From an uncultured Acidobacteriota bacterium (GTDB lineage: Bacteria; Acidobacteriota; Terriglobia; Acidiferrales; UBA7541): a stretch of 64,000 nt of DNA. The notes below the pieces were generated by a model, which worked only from the letters and a program-made list of their open reading frames with translations, had not been told where the DNA came from and searched no databases. The translations under genes were made by a program, and so were the position numbers. Numbering within the stretch: position 1 is the first letter of the stretch; each line of letters opens with the position of its first letter. Where the stretch lies: the NCBI GenBank assembly GCA_963836145.1, contig CAWIIJ010000012.1, positions 107,142-171,141 on the forward strand. Reading direction: 5' to 3'. Below, one piece after another: positions 34,428 through 43,557 of this stretch.

Positions 34428-35960
34428 GTGTCAACATCCGTCCAAGAGCTTCGCACGATTGTTCAAGAGAGTCTGCGTGTGCAGCGCGATAGTCCTGATC
34501 CGGTTGATTACATTGATGCAGCAAATGCGGTAAGTGATGCCGTCGCTCGACAGAACCATGTAATCTTCGGCAGGCGTGGATGCGGCAAGACTCTATTGAT
34601 GCATTTTTCCGCGAGAAAAGTCCGCGCTGATGTTCGGGTCGTCTACGTTAATTGTGAGGATTATAAGCAGCATTCCTTCCCTGACGTACTGATTGAGATT
34701 CTTGATCAATTATTTCGAGAGCTTGAACAGAACCTGCCTGGCTGGTTTGGAAAGAAAAGGCAATCGAGAGAGCTGATTCAGGAAATTCGAAATGAGCTTG
34801 CGAAATTGAAGCGGAACCCCGACGAACTTAAGTCTAAAGTCCGAGAATCTGTGTCGTCGGAGGGTAGTGTCAATGCGTCGGTGGCAGTTTTGGCAAGCGG
34901 TATCGGGATAGGGGCCGCTGCGCAGAGTGCTCAAAAAAGCGCAGTCGAAAAGGTCTATGAGCAAAACGATAGCAAAATTCATGAACTAGATCTATTGCTC
35001 CCGAGATTGAAGGAAAGGATTCGGCAATTCTTTTCGATTTCCGATGATGTCAAAAGCGTTTTTTTAGCGCTGGACGACTTCTACCATCTTCCGCGAGCTA
35101 TCCAACCTTACGTGGCTGATTACATTCACAGATTATGCAAAGATGTCCCGATATACTTCAAGATTGCGACATTGAGGCACGCGAGCATGCTCTATGCGGA
35201 TCGCAACAAGCAGCCGATAGGAGTTCAGGAACATCACGATTATCAGCCTATAAATATCGACTTCACGCTTGCCGACTTTAGCCGCACGTCTTCCCAATTG
35301 AGAAAGATTTTGTACGCATACGGGGAGAAAGCAGGAATGTCGCGCGATGAAATTGATGATTTGTTTATGGGTGAAGGATTTGAAAGATTGGTGCTCGCGG
35401 CTGGTGGTGTTCCAAGGGATTTCTTATCCCTGCTTTTGGAAGCCCTCTCTCCTAAGCCAATCGGCGACGAGAGAATTGGAAAGGACGATGTCCGGCAATT
35501 GAGTTTGGGTGTTTTTCAGAGACGAATCGCGGAATTAAAAGTCGATTCTGAAGAACAGGATCAAGATACCCTGCTCAAGGGGATTCATGCGATTACGACG
35601 TTTTGTTTGGAAAAGAAGGAAAATGTTTTCTTGGTGCCTGACCAAGCACTCCAAGAACAAAACGGGCTAAGAGAGCTGCTCAATAGGTTGTTGGACTACC
35701 GAATTATTCATTCCGTGGGGATTGCGCTCACCCACAAGAGCAACCCGGGCACCTTCACTGCCTACATGCTCGATATTGGCGCGTATGCTAAATATAGGAA
35801 ACTCGAAGGTCGCTTCAAAGAAATTGATGTTACAGCCCCTGATGCCCGAGAACGGTGCCGGAATTCGCCTGTGCTTGACCGTGACACATTATTGCAGCTC
35901 CTCGGCGTGGCTCCTGCGAATCCCGAGGTGGACCTTCCAGACGAAGATCACGCATCCTAA
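34428..35960 (+). CDS. ORC/Cdc6-like AAA+ ATPase (510 aa), island cargo
   Basis: Walker A GRRGCGKT (aa 48-55), Walker B VFLALDDF (aa 211-218) and sensor-2-like GGVPRDF (aa 326-332). The C-terminal part is wHTH-like. GTG start behind GAAGGTGAAGG. Confidence 0.8.
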   Translation: MSTSVQELRTIVQESLRVQRDSPDPVDYIDAANAVSDAVARQNHVIFGRRGCGKTLLMHFSARKVRADVRVVYVNCEDYKQHSFPDVLIEILDQLFRELEQNLPGWFGKKRQSRELIQEIRNELAKLKRNPDELKSKVRESVSSEGSVNASVAVLASGIGIGAAAQSAQKSAVEKVYEQNDSKIHELDLLLPRLKERIRQFFSISDDVKSVFLALDDFYHLPRAIQPYVADYIHRLCKDVPIYFKIATLRHASMLYADRNKQPIGVQEHHDYQPINIDFTLADFSRTSSQLRKILYAYGEKAGMSRDEIDDLFMGEGFERLVLAAGGVPRDFLSLLLEALSPKPIGDERIGKDDVRQLSLGVFQRRIAELKVDSEEQDQDTLLKGIHAITTFCLEKKENVFLVPDQALQEQNGLRELLNRLLDYRIIHSVGIALTHKSNPGTFTAYMLDIGAYAKYRKLEGRFKEIDVTAPDARERCRNSPVLDRDTLLQLLGVAPANPEVDLPDEDHAS

Positions 35961-37516
35961 TGCGAACAACGACCTGTATCTTTGTCATCATCGCTTCGCT
36001 AGCGGCCATTCCACTAGCGGCTCAAAACGCACCACCTCACCGACTATCGCGAGCGGTAGTTGATCCCGTGGAACTTAGCGGTCCGCCGAAAAAGCTTGTT
36101 CTTTTAACGCCAACGAAGCGAGCGTTCGCCCAAAGTGCGGTACTGGAAAAACTAAATTCGAAGGACCCATCAGTCCTAGCGTCCGCATTGAGCGACATTA
36201 CATCCTTCATTCAGCAAGACCCGACTGATACGGACCTTTTTAATCTCAGGGCAACCATCTCCTGTGAAATCGCGGGCAGCAATAAAGAGGTAATGCTTAA
36301 CGACATTAAGACGTCCATCAAACTTTGGAAGCCAAATGAGGACAGCGCGTTCTATTCTTTAAAGAACCACTACGCACTGAAAGCGAAAATCGACTTTCTG
36401 TTGGGGCGGTATGCAGATGCTCTAAATGATCTCGACGCGGGTATGCGGATCGACTACGCGGACGCCACTGAAATGTTCAATAATGGCAACGTTAAACCAG
36501 ATGAGCCGACAGCTATGCCGTGCATGTGGTCACAGGCTGATGTAAACAAATTGGCAGAATTGTTTCCGAGGGATTACCGAACGTCGCTTTACGTTGGCCT
36601 ATACGGGCTTGAATTTTCCAAGTGGTCTTTGGACACTGACTATCAACCCATCCTGAAAGCATTTGAACGCGCGGCTGAACTTAATCCGTCTTCGGCCCTA
36701 CCATCATATTTCACTGCGAGACCGTACGTTGCTGGCGGCATAGGGGGTTTGATGTCAGAAGCGAATGCCACATGTCTCGGCGACGTGGTACCACGCACGA
36801 AGGCGTGCCTCGAATTGGATGAAATCCACCGCACTGGCGTTCGAATTCTCACAAAGGCAATCGCCGCTGAACGGACATTTGAGCCTGCTTATGCTCTTCG
36901 TGCCGAGGCTTACCTTCAATTGCGTGAGAATCGGCAAGCAATTCGGGACTACACGGAAGCATTGGAACTCGCCCCGAACGCTAACCTGTATGGAGACCGT
37001 GGTTTGGCAGAGTCAGAGTTAAAGGAATATCAAGCGGCTATTCTCGATTACACCAAGAGGATTGCTGAGGGCTGCGAAGAGCCGTGTTCAGCCTATGAAA
37101 ATCGCGCAAACGTTTATTTGAAACTCCGCGATTATCCACATGCAATCAATGACCTCGGCCATGCCATTAGGAACTTTCTGGCGGGCACGATCTATGGATT
37201 CAATATCGAGCAATTCCGCATAATCTATCCCGAATATGACGCCGTAGCTGATGACGTATTGTGCGAGAAGCTTCGAGTGCTGTTTAACCCGCAAATGAGC
37301 TACGCGGATTATTCCAAACAGTTCTTGGTTAACGCGAAGGAATTTGATGATTTTGTCTTGCCAGAACTGTTTCTGAAACGGGGTGATGCATACGCCGATA
37401 TGGGAGACATCGCCAGCGCAAATCGAGAATATGATCGTGTGGCTGCGGGATTCCCGAAGTGGGCTGAAAACGCATTCGTGACGCGCAACGGAAAACGCGT
37501 TCGCGTCCGCCAGTAA
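35960..37516 (+). CDS. secreted TPR-repeat protein (518 aa), island cargo
   Basis: ATG overlaps the ATPase stop (TAATG). Signal peptide MRTTTCIFVIIASLAAIPLAA/QN. TPR-like repeats include AYALRAEAYLQLRENRQAIRDYTEALEL. Confidence 0.8.
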   Translation: MRTTTCIFVIIASLAAIPLAAQNAPPHRLSRAVVDPVELSGPPKKLVLLTPTKRAFAQSAVLEKLNSKDPSVLASALSDITSFIQQDPTDTDLFNLRATISCEIAGSNKEVMLNDIKTSIKLWKPNEDSAFYSLKNHYALKAKIDFLLGRYADALNDLDAGMRIDYADATEMFNNGNVKPDEPTAMPCMWSQADVNKLAELFPRDYRTSLYVGLYGLEFSKWSLDTDYQPILKAFERAAELNPSSALPSYFTARPYVAGGIGGLMSEANATCLGDVVPRTKACLELDEIHRTGVRILTKAIAAERTFEPAYALRAEAYLQLRENRQAIRDYTEALELAPNANLYGDRGLAESELKEYQAAILDYTKRIAEGCEEPCSAYENRANVYLKLRDYPHAINDLGHAIRNFLAGTIYGFNIEQFRIIYPEYDAVADDVLCEKLRVLFNPQMSYADYSKQFLVNAKEFDDFVLPELFLKRGDAYADMGDIASANREYDRVAAGFPKWAENAFVTRNGKRVRVRQ

Positions 37517-37758
37517 AAGGTTGTGGGGAATATTGCTTTCCCGGTGCGGGCCGAAGCGGCAAATACGGCAATTATCAAGAAATTGATGCCCGGCGATCTC
37601 GTTTTCGGCCACATGAAGGGACTCAGATACGTCGGGTTCGGACCCGTCAGCAACCGCCGCGCGCGCGCTTCTTTACCGCGCCCCGCACCGCCCGCCTTCC
37701 GCTCTGTCCACACTCAATGGCCCATCGCCGCTCGCCTGGGCAAACATGGCAGAAATAT

Positions 37759-37796
37759 GGGGGAGGGAGCATTTTGCCGTCGCTGTACACTACCCC
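37759..37796 (-). repeat. 38-bp terminal inverted repeat, right
   Basis: Perfect reverse complement of 30624-30661. Confidence 0.92.
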
Positions 37797-37810
37797 CACC
37801 GAAGGTTGTT
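37797..37810. repeat. 14-bp direct repeat, right copy (CACCGAAGGTTGTT)
   Basis: Identical to 30610-30623. Confidence 0.9.
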
Positions 37811-37834
37811 CGCTGCCAACGCCTCCCCTATACT
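37806..37834 (+). promoter_or_regulatory. possible promoter TTGTTC-N17-TATACT for the lptC-like operon
   Basis: The -35 overlaps the right direct repeat. The -10 at 37829-37834 lies 32 nt before ATG 37866. Weak match. Confidence 0.3.
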
Positions 37835-37865
37835 CGGCGTCTAAGTCTTCGAGGCGCTTGAACGG

Positions 37866-40214
37866 ATGCGAAATAGCGAAGCGCAGAGATATGCGCGGTG
37901 GTCGCTCGCAGCGGCCGGACTTCTGGCCGCGGTAGTGGCCGGCGTGTACCTGCGAAACATCTGGCTGGCGCGCCAGGCGGAAAAGAAGGCCCCGCCAGCG
38001 GTGCCTGCCAGCGTCGAGCAGCGTTCGAACGAGTTTTCCTACTCGAAAGTCGATGGGCAGCGCACGATTTATACGGTGAAGGCCTCGCGCACCACGGAAT
38101 TCAAGGAAGGGAGCAGGGATCTTCTCGAAGACGTGACCATCCTGGTGTACGGGAAAACCGGAACGCGCAACGATACCTTGCGCACACGCGCCTGCGATTT
38201 CATCTCCAATACCGGGAAAATAAGTTGCGAGGGAGAAGTCCAAATCAGCCTGCAGGCTGCCGGCGCGCCGCAAGCAATCGCCAATGCGATCCAGGTGGCG
38301 ACCTCCGCCTTGACGTTTGACAGGAATTCCGGCCAGGCGCGCACCGACCAGCCGGTTACGTTCCACTGGCCCGCGGGAGAAGGCAGCGCCGTGGGCGTGA
38401 GCTACGATTCGAACAGCGGAACGCTCCAGCTGCTGCGGAACGTCCAACTGAATCTTTCGCCTCCTTCTGCCGTGATCCCCGCCAAAATCAACGACACCGA
38501 CGAGAAGACGGTTCGCGTTTCAGGCGACAGCATGTCATTCCAGCGCGACGCCCGAGTCGTGGTGATTGACGGAAAAGTCCACTCGCAGCAGGCATCGCAC
38601 GAGCTTTACGCGGATCAGTTGCTGCTGGAGTTGGATTCGCAATTTCAAGCCCGGCGTTTTGTGGCCAGCGGACATCCGCAATTGCGCGACCTGAATCCGC
38701 AAGGGCCCGTCACCCTGAGCGCCGACGAAATTGCCGCGGAGCTCAGGCCCGACGGTTCCGTCGCTTCGGTCCAGGCGAAGGGAAATGTGCACGGGACGCG
38801 CGTCACGCCCGTCGGCGGCGACGCCATCGACGCCGGGCGCGTGCAGGTGAACCTCGCGACGGCCGACAACTTGCCGCGCCTGCTGACGGCGAGCGATGGC
38901 GTCATGCTTACCTCGACCAGCGCATCATTCAATGGGGGCACGCGCCACGTCGAAAGCGACGCGCTGGACGTCAACTTTTCAAACGATCCCGCCACGGGCC
39001 AGACGTTGGTGGAGAGCGTAAATACGCTCGCGCCAGCCAGCGTCGATTGGCAGAACGTCGCGTTGGTGAACGGCAAGCCGGTGCCTCAATCGACGCGCAT
39101 GTCGGGCAAGCAGATGAATCTGAAATTCGACGGCCAGAACCAGTTGCAGGAGCTGGTGAACACCGGCAGCGTGGAAGTAACACGCAAGCTGGGCGACGCG
39201 CCGGAGGAGACCACTACTTCGCGCGAACTTACCGCCGTGTTCGACAAAACGGGCCAATGGTCGACCATCGATCAAACAGGCGAAGTGCATTTCCACGACG
39301 GCCAGCGCGCGGGGCAGGGAAACCGGGCCCACCTGGATCGTGCGAGCGACGCGCTCACGCTCGACGGCTCGGTGGTCTTTTCCGACTCCACCACGCGAAC
39401 CACGGCGCAATCCGTATCCTTCGTTCAACCGATGAGCGCCTTGCGCGCGGATGGGCATGTGCTCACGACGGATCTGCGCCCCACGACGTCCGGCATCTCA
39501 AATCTCGCGCCGGAGCCGGCGCACATTTCGGCGGAACGCCTGGTGGCGGATACGGCGCGAGGTCACGCGGTGTACTCGGGTAAAGCGAGAATGTGGCAGG
39601 GACAATCGGTGATCCAGGGTGACTCCATCGAACTGGACAGCGCGACACACACGTTGCAGGCCAAGGGCCACGTAGACGGCGTTTTTCCACAGGCAGCCTG
39701 GAGCCCGAAGCCACGGGACGCCTCCGAGGTAACTTCGAGCAAGCCAACAAAGCAGTTATCGAAGTCCAGCGGAATTTCCAGCCCTTCGGATGCTCGCGCC
39801 TCCACGCAGTTGGGCCACGTTTACGGAGGATTACTTACGTATTGGGAGGCGGAATCGCGCGGCCGGATCGAACACGATGCCAGAGTGGATTCCGAGCGCG
39901 GCTCGATCCAAGCCGACCGGATCGATCTCTATTTCTCTGACGCGGGCTCAGGAGGCGCCAAACAATTGTCGCGGTCAGTGGCCAGCGGAGATGTGACCGT
40001 GCAGCAGCAGGATCGCCGCGGAACTTCAAATCGGGCCGAGTATACGGCCTCGGAAGGCAAGTTTGTTCTTTCGGAAGGGAAACCAACTTTATATAGCTCA
40101 ACTGGGGACACCACCACGGGGCGTCAATTGACCTTCTATTTTGCTGATGATAGGATTCTTGTGGATTCGGCGGATGGTTCGAAGACCGTGACGCTTCACG
40201 AGGTCGGGAAATGA
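37866..40214 (+). CDS. LptC-like anchor fused to multiple LptA/OstA-like repeats (782 aa)
   Basis: N-terminal TM segment WSLAAAGLLAAVVAGVYL, then an LptC-like segment, then repeated OstA-type patterns (e.g. AERLVADTARGHAVYSGKARMWQG.., ADRIDLYFSD..). Sits directly upstream of lptB. Confidence 0.75.
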   Translation: MRNSEAQRYARWSLAAAGLLAAVVAGVYLRNIWLARQAEKKAPPAVPASVEQRSNEFSYSKVDGQRTIYTVKASRTTEFKEGSRDLLEDVTILVYGKTGTRNDTLRTRACDFISNTGKISCEGEVQISLQAAGAPQAIANAIQVATSALTFDRNSGQARTDQPVTFHWPAGEGSAVGVSYDSNSGTLQLLRNVQLNLSPPSAVIPAKINDTDEKTVRVSGDSMSFQRDARVVVIDGKVHSQQASHELYADQLLLELDSQFQARRFVASGHPQLRDLNPQGPVTLSADEIAAELRPDGSVASVQAKGNVHGTRVTPVGGDAIDAGRVQVNLATADNLPRLLTASDGVMLTSTSASFNGGTRHVESDALDVNFSNDPATGQTLVESVNTLAPASVDWQNVALVNGKPVPQSTRMSGKQMNLKFDGQNQLQELVNTGSVEVTRKLGDAPEETTTSRELTAVFDKTGQWSTIDQTGEVHFHDGQRAGQGNRAHLDRASDALTLDGSVVFSDSTTRTTAQSVSFVQPMSALRADGHVLTTDLRPTTSGISNLAPEPAHISAERLVADTARGHAVYSGKARMWQGQSVIQGDSIELDSATHTLQAKGHVDGVFPQAAWSPKPRDASEVTSSKPTKQLSKSSGISSPSDARASTQLGHVYGGLLTYWEAESRGRIEHDARVDSERGSIQADRIDLYFSDAGSGGAKQLSRSVASGDVTVQQQDRRGTSNRAEYTASEGKFVLSEGKPTLYSSTGDTTTGRQLTFYFADDRILVDSADGSKTVTLHEVGK

Positions 40215-40220
40215 CATGGT

Positions 40221-40946
40221 ATGCTCAAGCTCCAGGCCGTCGAGCTCAGTAAGTCATATCGTGGGCGTAAAGTAGTCGATGATCTGAACTTAGAGATCAG
40301 TCAGGGCGAAGTGGTAGGGCTTCTGGGGCCTAACGGCGCTGGGAAGACAACGACGTTTTATATTCTGGTAGGTTTAGCCCGGCCGGATTCCGGGCGCGTC
40401 CTTCTAAACGGGGACGACATTACCGACCTCCCCATGTACCTCCGGGCCCGCAGCGGGATCAGTTATTTGCCGCAAGAACCTTCGGTTTTCCGGCAGCTTA
40501 CGGTCGAAGAGAACCTGATTGCGGTCCTGGAAACGCTGCCTCTGACTTCGGAGCAACAGCGTGACCGTCTCGAGGAGTTATTGGCGCAAATGAAGCTGGA
40601 AACGGTGCGATCCAACGGGGCTTACACGCTTTCAGGGGGCGAACGGCGCCGCCTGGAGATTGCGCGGTCGCTGGTGCTGGAGCCTGCTTTCATTCTGCTG
40701 GACGAGCCTTTCTCTGGAATCGATCCTTTGACCGTCGTGGATATCCAGAAGATTATCAGCGATTTGAGCCGCGAGGGAATTGGTGTTCTGGTAACCGACC
40801 ACCAGGTACGGGAAACCCTGAGCGTCACGAATCGCGCGTACATCGTCCAAAATGGCAAAGTGCTTGCCGCCGGGACACCGGATGACCTTAGCGGAAATGC
40901 CGAAGTTCGCCGAGTGTATCTCGGAGACCATTTCCGCTTGAATTGA
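40221..40946 (+). CDS. lptB: LPS export ABC transporter ATP-binding protein
   Basis: [15 protein letters not shown] and [13 protein letters not shown] motifs; 241 aa. Confidence 0.92.
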   Translation: MLKLQAVELSKSYRGRKVVDDLNLEISQGEVVGLLGPNGAGKTTTFYILVGLARPDSGRVLLNGDDITDLPMYLRARSGISYLPQEPSVFRQLTVEENLIAVLETLPLTSEQQRDRLEELLAQMKLETVRSNGAYTLSGGERRRLEIARSLVLEPAFILLDEPFSGIDPLTVVDIQKIISDLSREGIGVLVTDHQVRETLSVTNRAYIVQNGKVLAAGTPDDLSGNAEVRRVYLGDHFRLN

Positions 40947-40951
40947 CGCTT

Positions 40952-42454
40952 ATGAGCTGGCTGCAGCCAAAACTTCACCTACGGGTCGCGCAGAAGCAGA
41001 TCCTTACGCCTGGCCTGGTCCAGATGGTGAGCGTGCTGGCGCTTAACCGTCTCGAGCTTCGGGAGATGATCAATCAGGAGATGATTGAGAATCCCGTCCT
41101 CGAGGAATTGTCCGAAGAAAGCGTTACCCCGGACGACTACAGCGACGAAACCTTCCTGAAAGCGGAGACCGAAAAAATTCCCGAGGTCGAACCCCCCAGT
41201 CCCTTTGAGGATTTCGATGTGGCGTCTTTTTTCAATCAATATCTCGACAGCGGCGGAGGGAATCCCGAGCGCGGCGAATCGGAAACCATCGAGCGTCCGT
41301 CGTTCGACAAGTTCCTTTCCTCGGCGCAAGGGCTTACCGAACATCTGGCGTGGCAATTGAGCGTAACGGTTTGCAACGACGTGGTGCGCGAGATCGCCGA
41401 AGCGATCATCGGCAACCTCGATGAGAACGGCTACCTCAGCGCTTCGCTGGAAGAAATTTCGCAAAACGGAAAGTATTCGATGGAAGACGTCGAGGAGGCG
41501 CTGGCGGTGGTGCAGGAATTCGACCCGCTGGGCGTGGCTTCGCGCAACCTGCGCGAGTGCCTGCTGACGCAGCTTCGTACGCTGGACGGGCAAAACGCGC
41601 TCGCCATGCAGATCGTCTCGGAATGTTTGCCAAAGCGGCCGCTCGCTGCCAGCGAGGCCGAGGAACTGAATGCGGAAACGCCGCTGGCGCGGCTCCTGCA
41701 GGCCAACCAGTTGAAGGAAATTGCGCGCGCGCTGAATCGCCCCGTGGAACTCGTCAAGCGGGCGGTGGACGTGATCAAGAAACTCGATCCGCGCCCCGGG
41801 TTGCGCTACAACAAGACGCAGCCGCGCTTGGTCGAGCCCGACGTATATTTCCGCAAGGTGGATGATCAGTGGCAAGTCTTCATGAACGACGATGACGTGC
41901 CGCAACTGCGCCTTTCGCCCGTGTACCGGCGCCTGATGGCGCGCGACGCCGCCGACCGCGAAGTGCGCAATTACGTGAAGGAGCGCGTGACCGCCGCGAT
42001 GCAGTTGATGAAGAGCATCGAACAGCGCAAGCATACCATCCTGCGCGTTTGCCAGATCATCATCCAGCGGCAGGCCGAATACCTAGATCACGGCGCCGAT
42101 CGCCTGAAGCCCATGATGATCAAGGAAGTCGCCGAGGAAGTGGGCGTGCATCCTTCGACCGTCAGCCGCGCTGTATCGAGCAAGTATGCGCACACGCCGC
42201 AGGGTGTTCTGGAGCTGCGATCCTTCTTTTCGGAATCGGTCAACGGCCCGGAAGGCAGCAACATGTCGCTGCAGACGCTCAAGCGCCTGGTGAAAAAAAT
42301 GATCGATGAAGAAGACACGACCCACCCGCTCACCGACGATCTGATCGCCAAAAAACTGGATGATGCCGGAATCCACGTCACCCGGCGCACCGTCGCCAAA
42401 TACCGCGAAGACCTCCGCATTCCGAGCACCCACCAACGCCGGGTCAAGGCGTAG
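40952..42454 (+). CDS. rpoN: RNA polymerase sigma-54 factor
   Basis: RpoN box TRRTVAKYREDLRIPS at the C-terminus. ATG 40952 is preferred over TTG 40943. Confidence 0.92.
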   Translation: MSWLQPKLHLRVAQKQILTPGLVQMVSVLALNRLELREMINQEMIENPVLEELSEESVTPDDYSDETFLKAETEKIPEVEPPSPFEDFDVASFFNQYLDSGGGNPERGESETIERPSFDKFLSSAQGLTEHLAWQLSVTVCNDVVREIAEAIIGNLDENGYLSASLEEISQNGKYSMEDVEEALAVVQEFDPLGVASRNLRECLLTQLRTLDGQNALAMQIVSECLPKRPLAASEAEELNAETPLARLLQANQLKEIARALNRPVELVKRAVDVIKKLDPRPGLRYNKTQPRLVEPDVYFRKVDDQWQVFMNDDDVPQLRLSPVYRRLMARDAADREVRNYVKERVTAAMQLMKSIEQRKHTILRVCQIIIQRQAEYLDHGADRLKPMMIKEVAEEVGVHPSTVSRAVSSKYAHTPQGVLELRSFFSESVNGPEGSNMSLQTLKRLVKKMIDEEDTTHPLTDDLIAKKLDDAGIHVTRRTVAKYREDLRIPSTHQRRVKA

Positions 42455-42458
42455 GCCG

Positions 42459-43340
42459 GTGCGCGTGAAGCGCCGAACTCCACGCGACGCCCGGCAACTG
42501 GTGGTCCTCACCGGCCTGAGCGGCTCGGGCAAGAGCACCGTACTTAAAACCTTCGAGGATCTCGGCTTTTACTGCGTCGATAATCTTCCTGTCGCGTTGA
42601 TTCCCACGTTCAGTGAATTGCACATGCAGGCCGGCGGAGCGTTCCAGCGCGCCGCGCTGCTGGTTGATGCGCGCGAGGGCGGCCAACTGGAGAAGTTGCC
42701 CGCGATTCTGCACCAATTGCGCGGCGAGGATCCTTCGACGCTGGTATTCATCGAGGCGAGCGAGGAGGCTTTGCTGCGGCGCTTCAGCGAGACGCGGCGG
42801 CCGCATCCGTTGGGGCATGACCGTCCCGTACTTGAGGGCTTGCGCCGCGAACGCGTGCTGATGGAGCCGATTCGCAAGCTCGCCGACGTGGTCATCGACA
42901 CCACCAAATTCAACGTGCATGAGTTGAGGCAGTTCATCATCCGCCGGTTCCAGAAAACGGACCAGCGGCCGATGATGGTTTCCCTCGTGAGCTTCGGATA
43001 CCGGTATGGGCTTCCGGCTGACGCCGACCTGGTATTCGATGTCCGCTTTTTGCCCAATCCCCACTTCATTCCCAAACTGCGAAAATATTCGGGACGCGAT
43101 CCGCGGGTGGCTCGTTACATTCGGTCGTTCCCGCAAACCGGGGAATTTCTGCGGCGCGTCGAGGGCTTGCTCGTCTATTTGATTCCGCACTATATCCGGG
43201 AAGGGAAGAGCTACCTGACGATTGCGTTTGGCTGCACCGGCGGGCGGCACCGTTCGGTGATGCTGGCGGAAGCGGTAAGCAAAACGCTGCAAAAAAAAGG
43301 ATACGCTTCTAAAGTTGTGCATCGCGACCTGGCGAAGTAG
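42459..43340 (+). CDS. rapZ: RNase adapter protein RapZ (YhbJ)
   Basis: LTGLSGSGKSTVLKTFEDLGFYCVDNLP and GCTGGRHRSV motifs. Start trimmed to GTG 42459, just after the rpoN stop. Confidence 0.9.
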   Translation: MRVKRRTPRDARQLVVLTGLSGSGKSTVLKTFEDLGFYCVDNLPVALIPTFSELHMQAGGAFQRAALLVDAREGGQLEKLPAILHQLRGEDPSTLVFIEASEEALLRRFSETRRPHPLGHDRPVLEGLRRERVLMEPIRKLADVVIDTTKFNVHELRQFIIRRFQKTDQRPMMVSLVSFGYRYGLPADADLVFDVRFLPNPHFIPKLRKYSGRDPRVARYIRSFPQTGEFLRRVEGLLVYLIPHYIREGKSYLTIAFGCTGGRHRSVMLAEAVSKTLQKKGYASKVVHRDLAK

Positions 43341-43496
43341 GACAGCGTTTTTAGAATGCCGGGACTTCGGGCCCGGCGTAACGCGTCGATCGCTAAAGGG
43401 CTCTTTAGCCCCGGAAGCTTCTGCGGCTGAAGCCGACCGCTAAAAGCAACCGTTATGGCCGAGCTGAAGCTCGGCCCTCCTAAGGGCGCAGCAGCT

Positions 43497-43557
43497 CAGA
43501 TTCGGGTCAACCAGATTCGGGTCACTCAGATTCGGAGCCACCCAGATTTGGGGACAC
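43497..43557 (+). repeat. tandem 15-bp repeat, ~4 copies (CAGATTCGGGTCAAC)
   Basis: CAGATTCGGGTCAAC / CAGATTCGGGTCACT / CAGATTCGGAGCCAC / (C)CAGATTTGGGGACAC, about 100 nt upstream of the msbA-like gene. Confidence 0.85.

Larger units (their letters stand above)
30624..37796. mobile_element. 7.2-kb TIR- and direct-repeat-bounded insertion (lower-GC cargo, nested IS256, no cognate transposase seen)
   Basis: 38/38 TIRs with GGGG at the outer tips, flanked by a 14-bp direct repeat. Hand counts of 60-nt lines gave 53% and 45% GC inside versus 58% in a flanking gene. Confidence 0.7.

Noticed and set aside
37517-37530. AAGGTTGTGGGGAA right after the TPR stop resembles the left junction AAGGTTGTTGGGGTA. 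It could mark an internal second element end, meaning cargo inserted into a small MITE.
   Set aside because: It is only a ~12-nt imperfect match and the downstream sequence does not align with the TIR. It cannot be distinguished from chance without other genomic copies.
30624-37796. Classifying the island as a Tn3-family transposon (38-bp IR beginning GGGG) or as a casposon (14-15-bp target duplications).
   Set aside because: Tn3-type ends normally finish with ...TAAG and make 5-bp duplications, and no TnpA or resolvase is present. No cas1 or polB genes are present for a casposon. The resemblances are noted only as leads.
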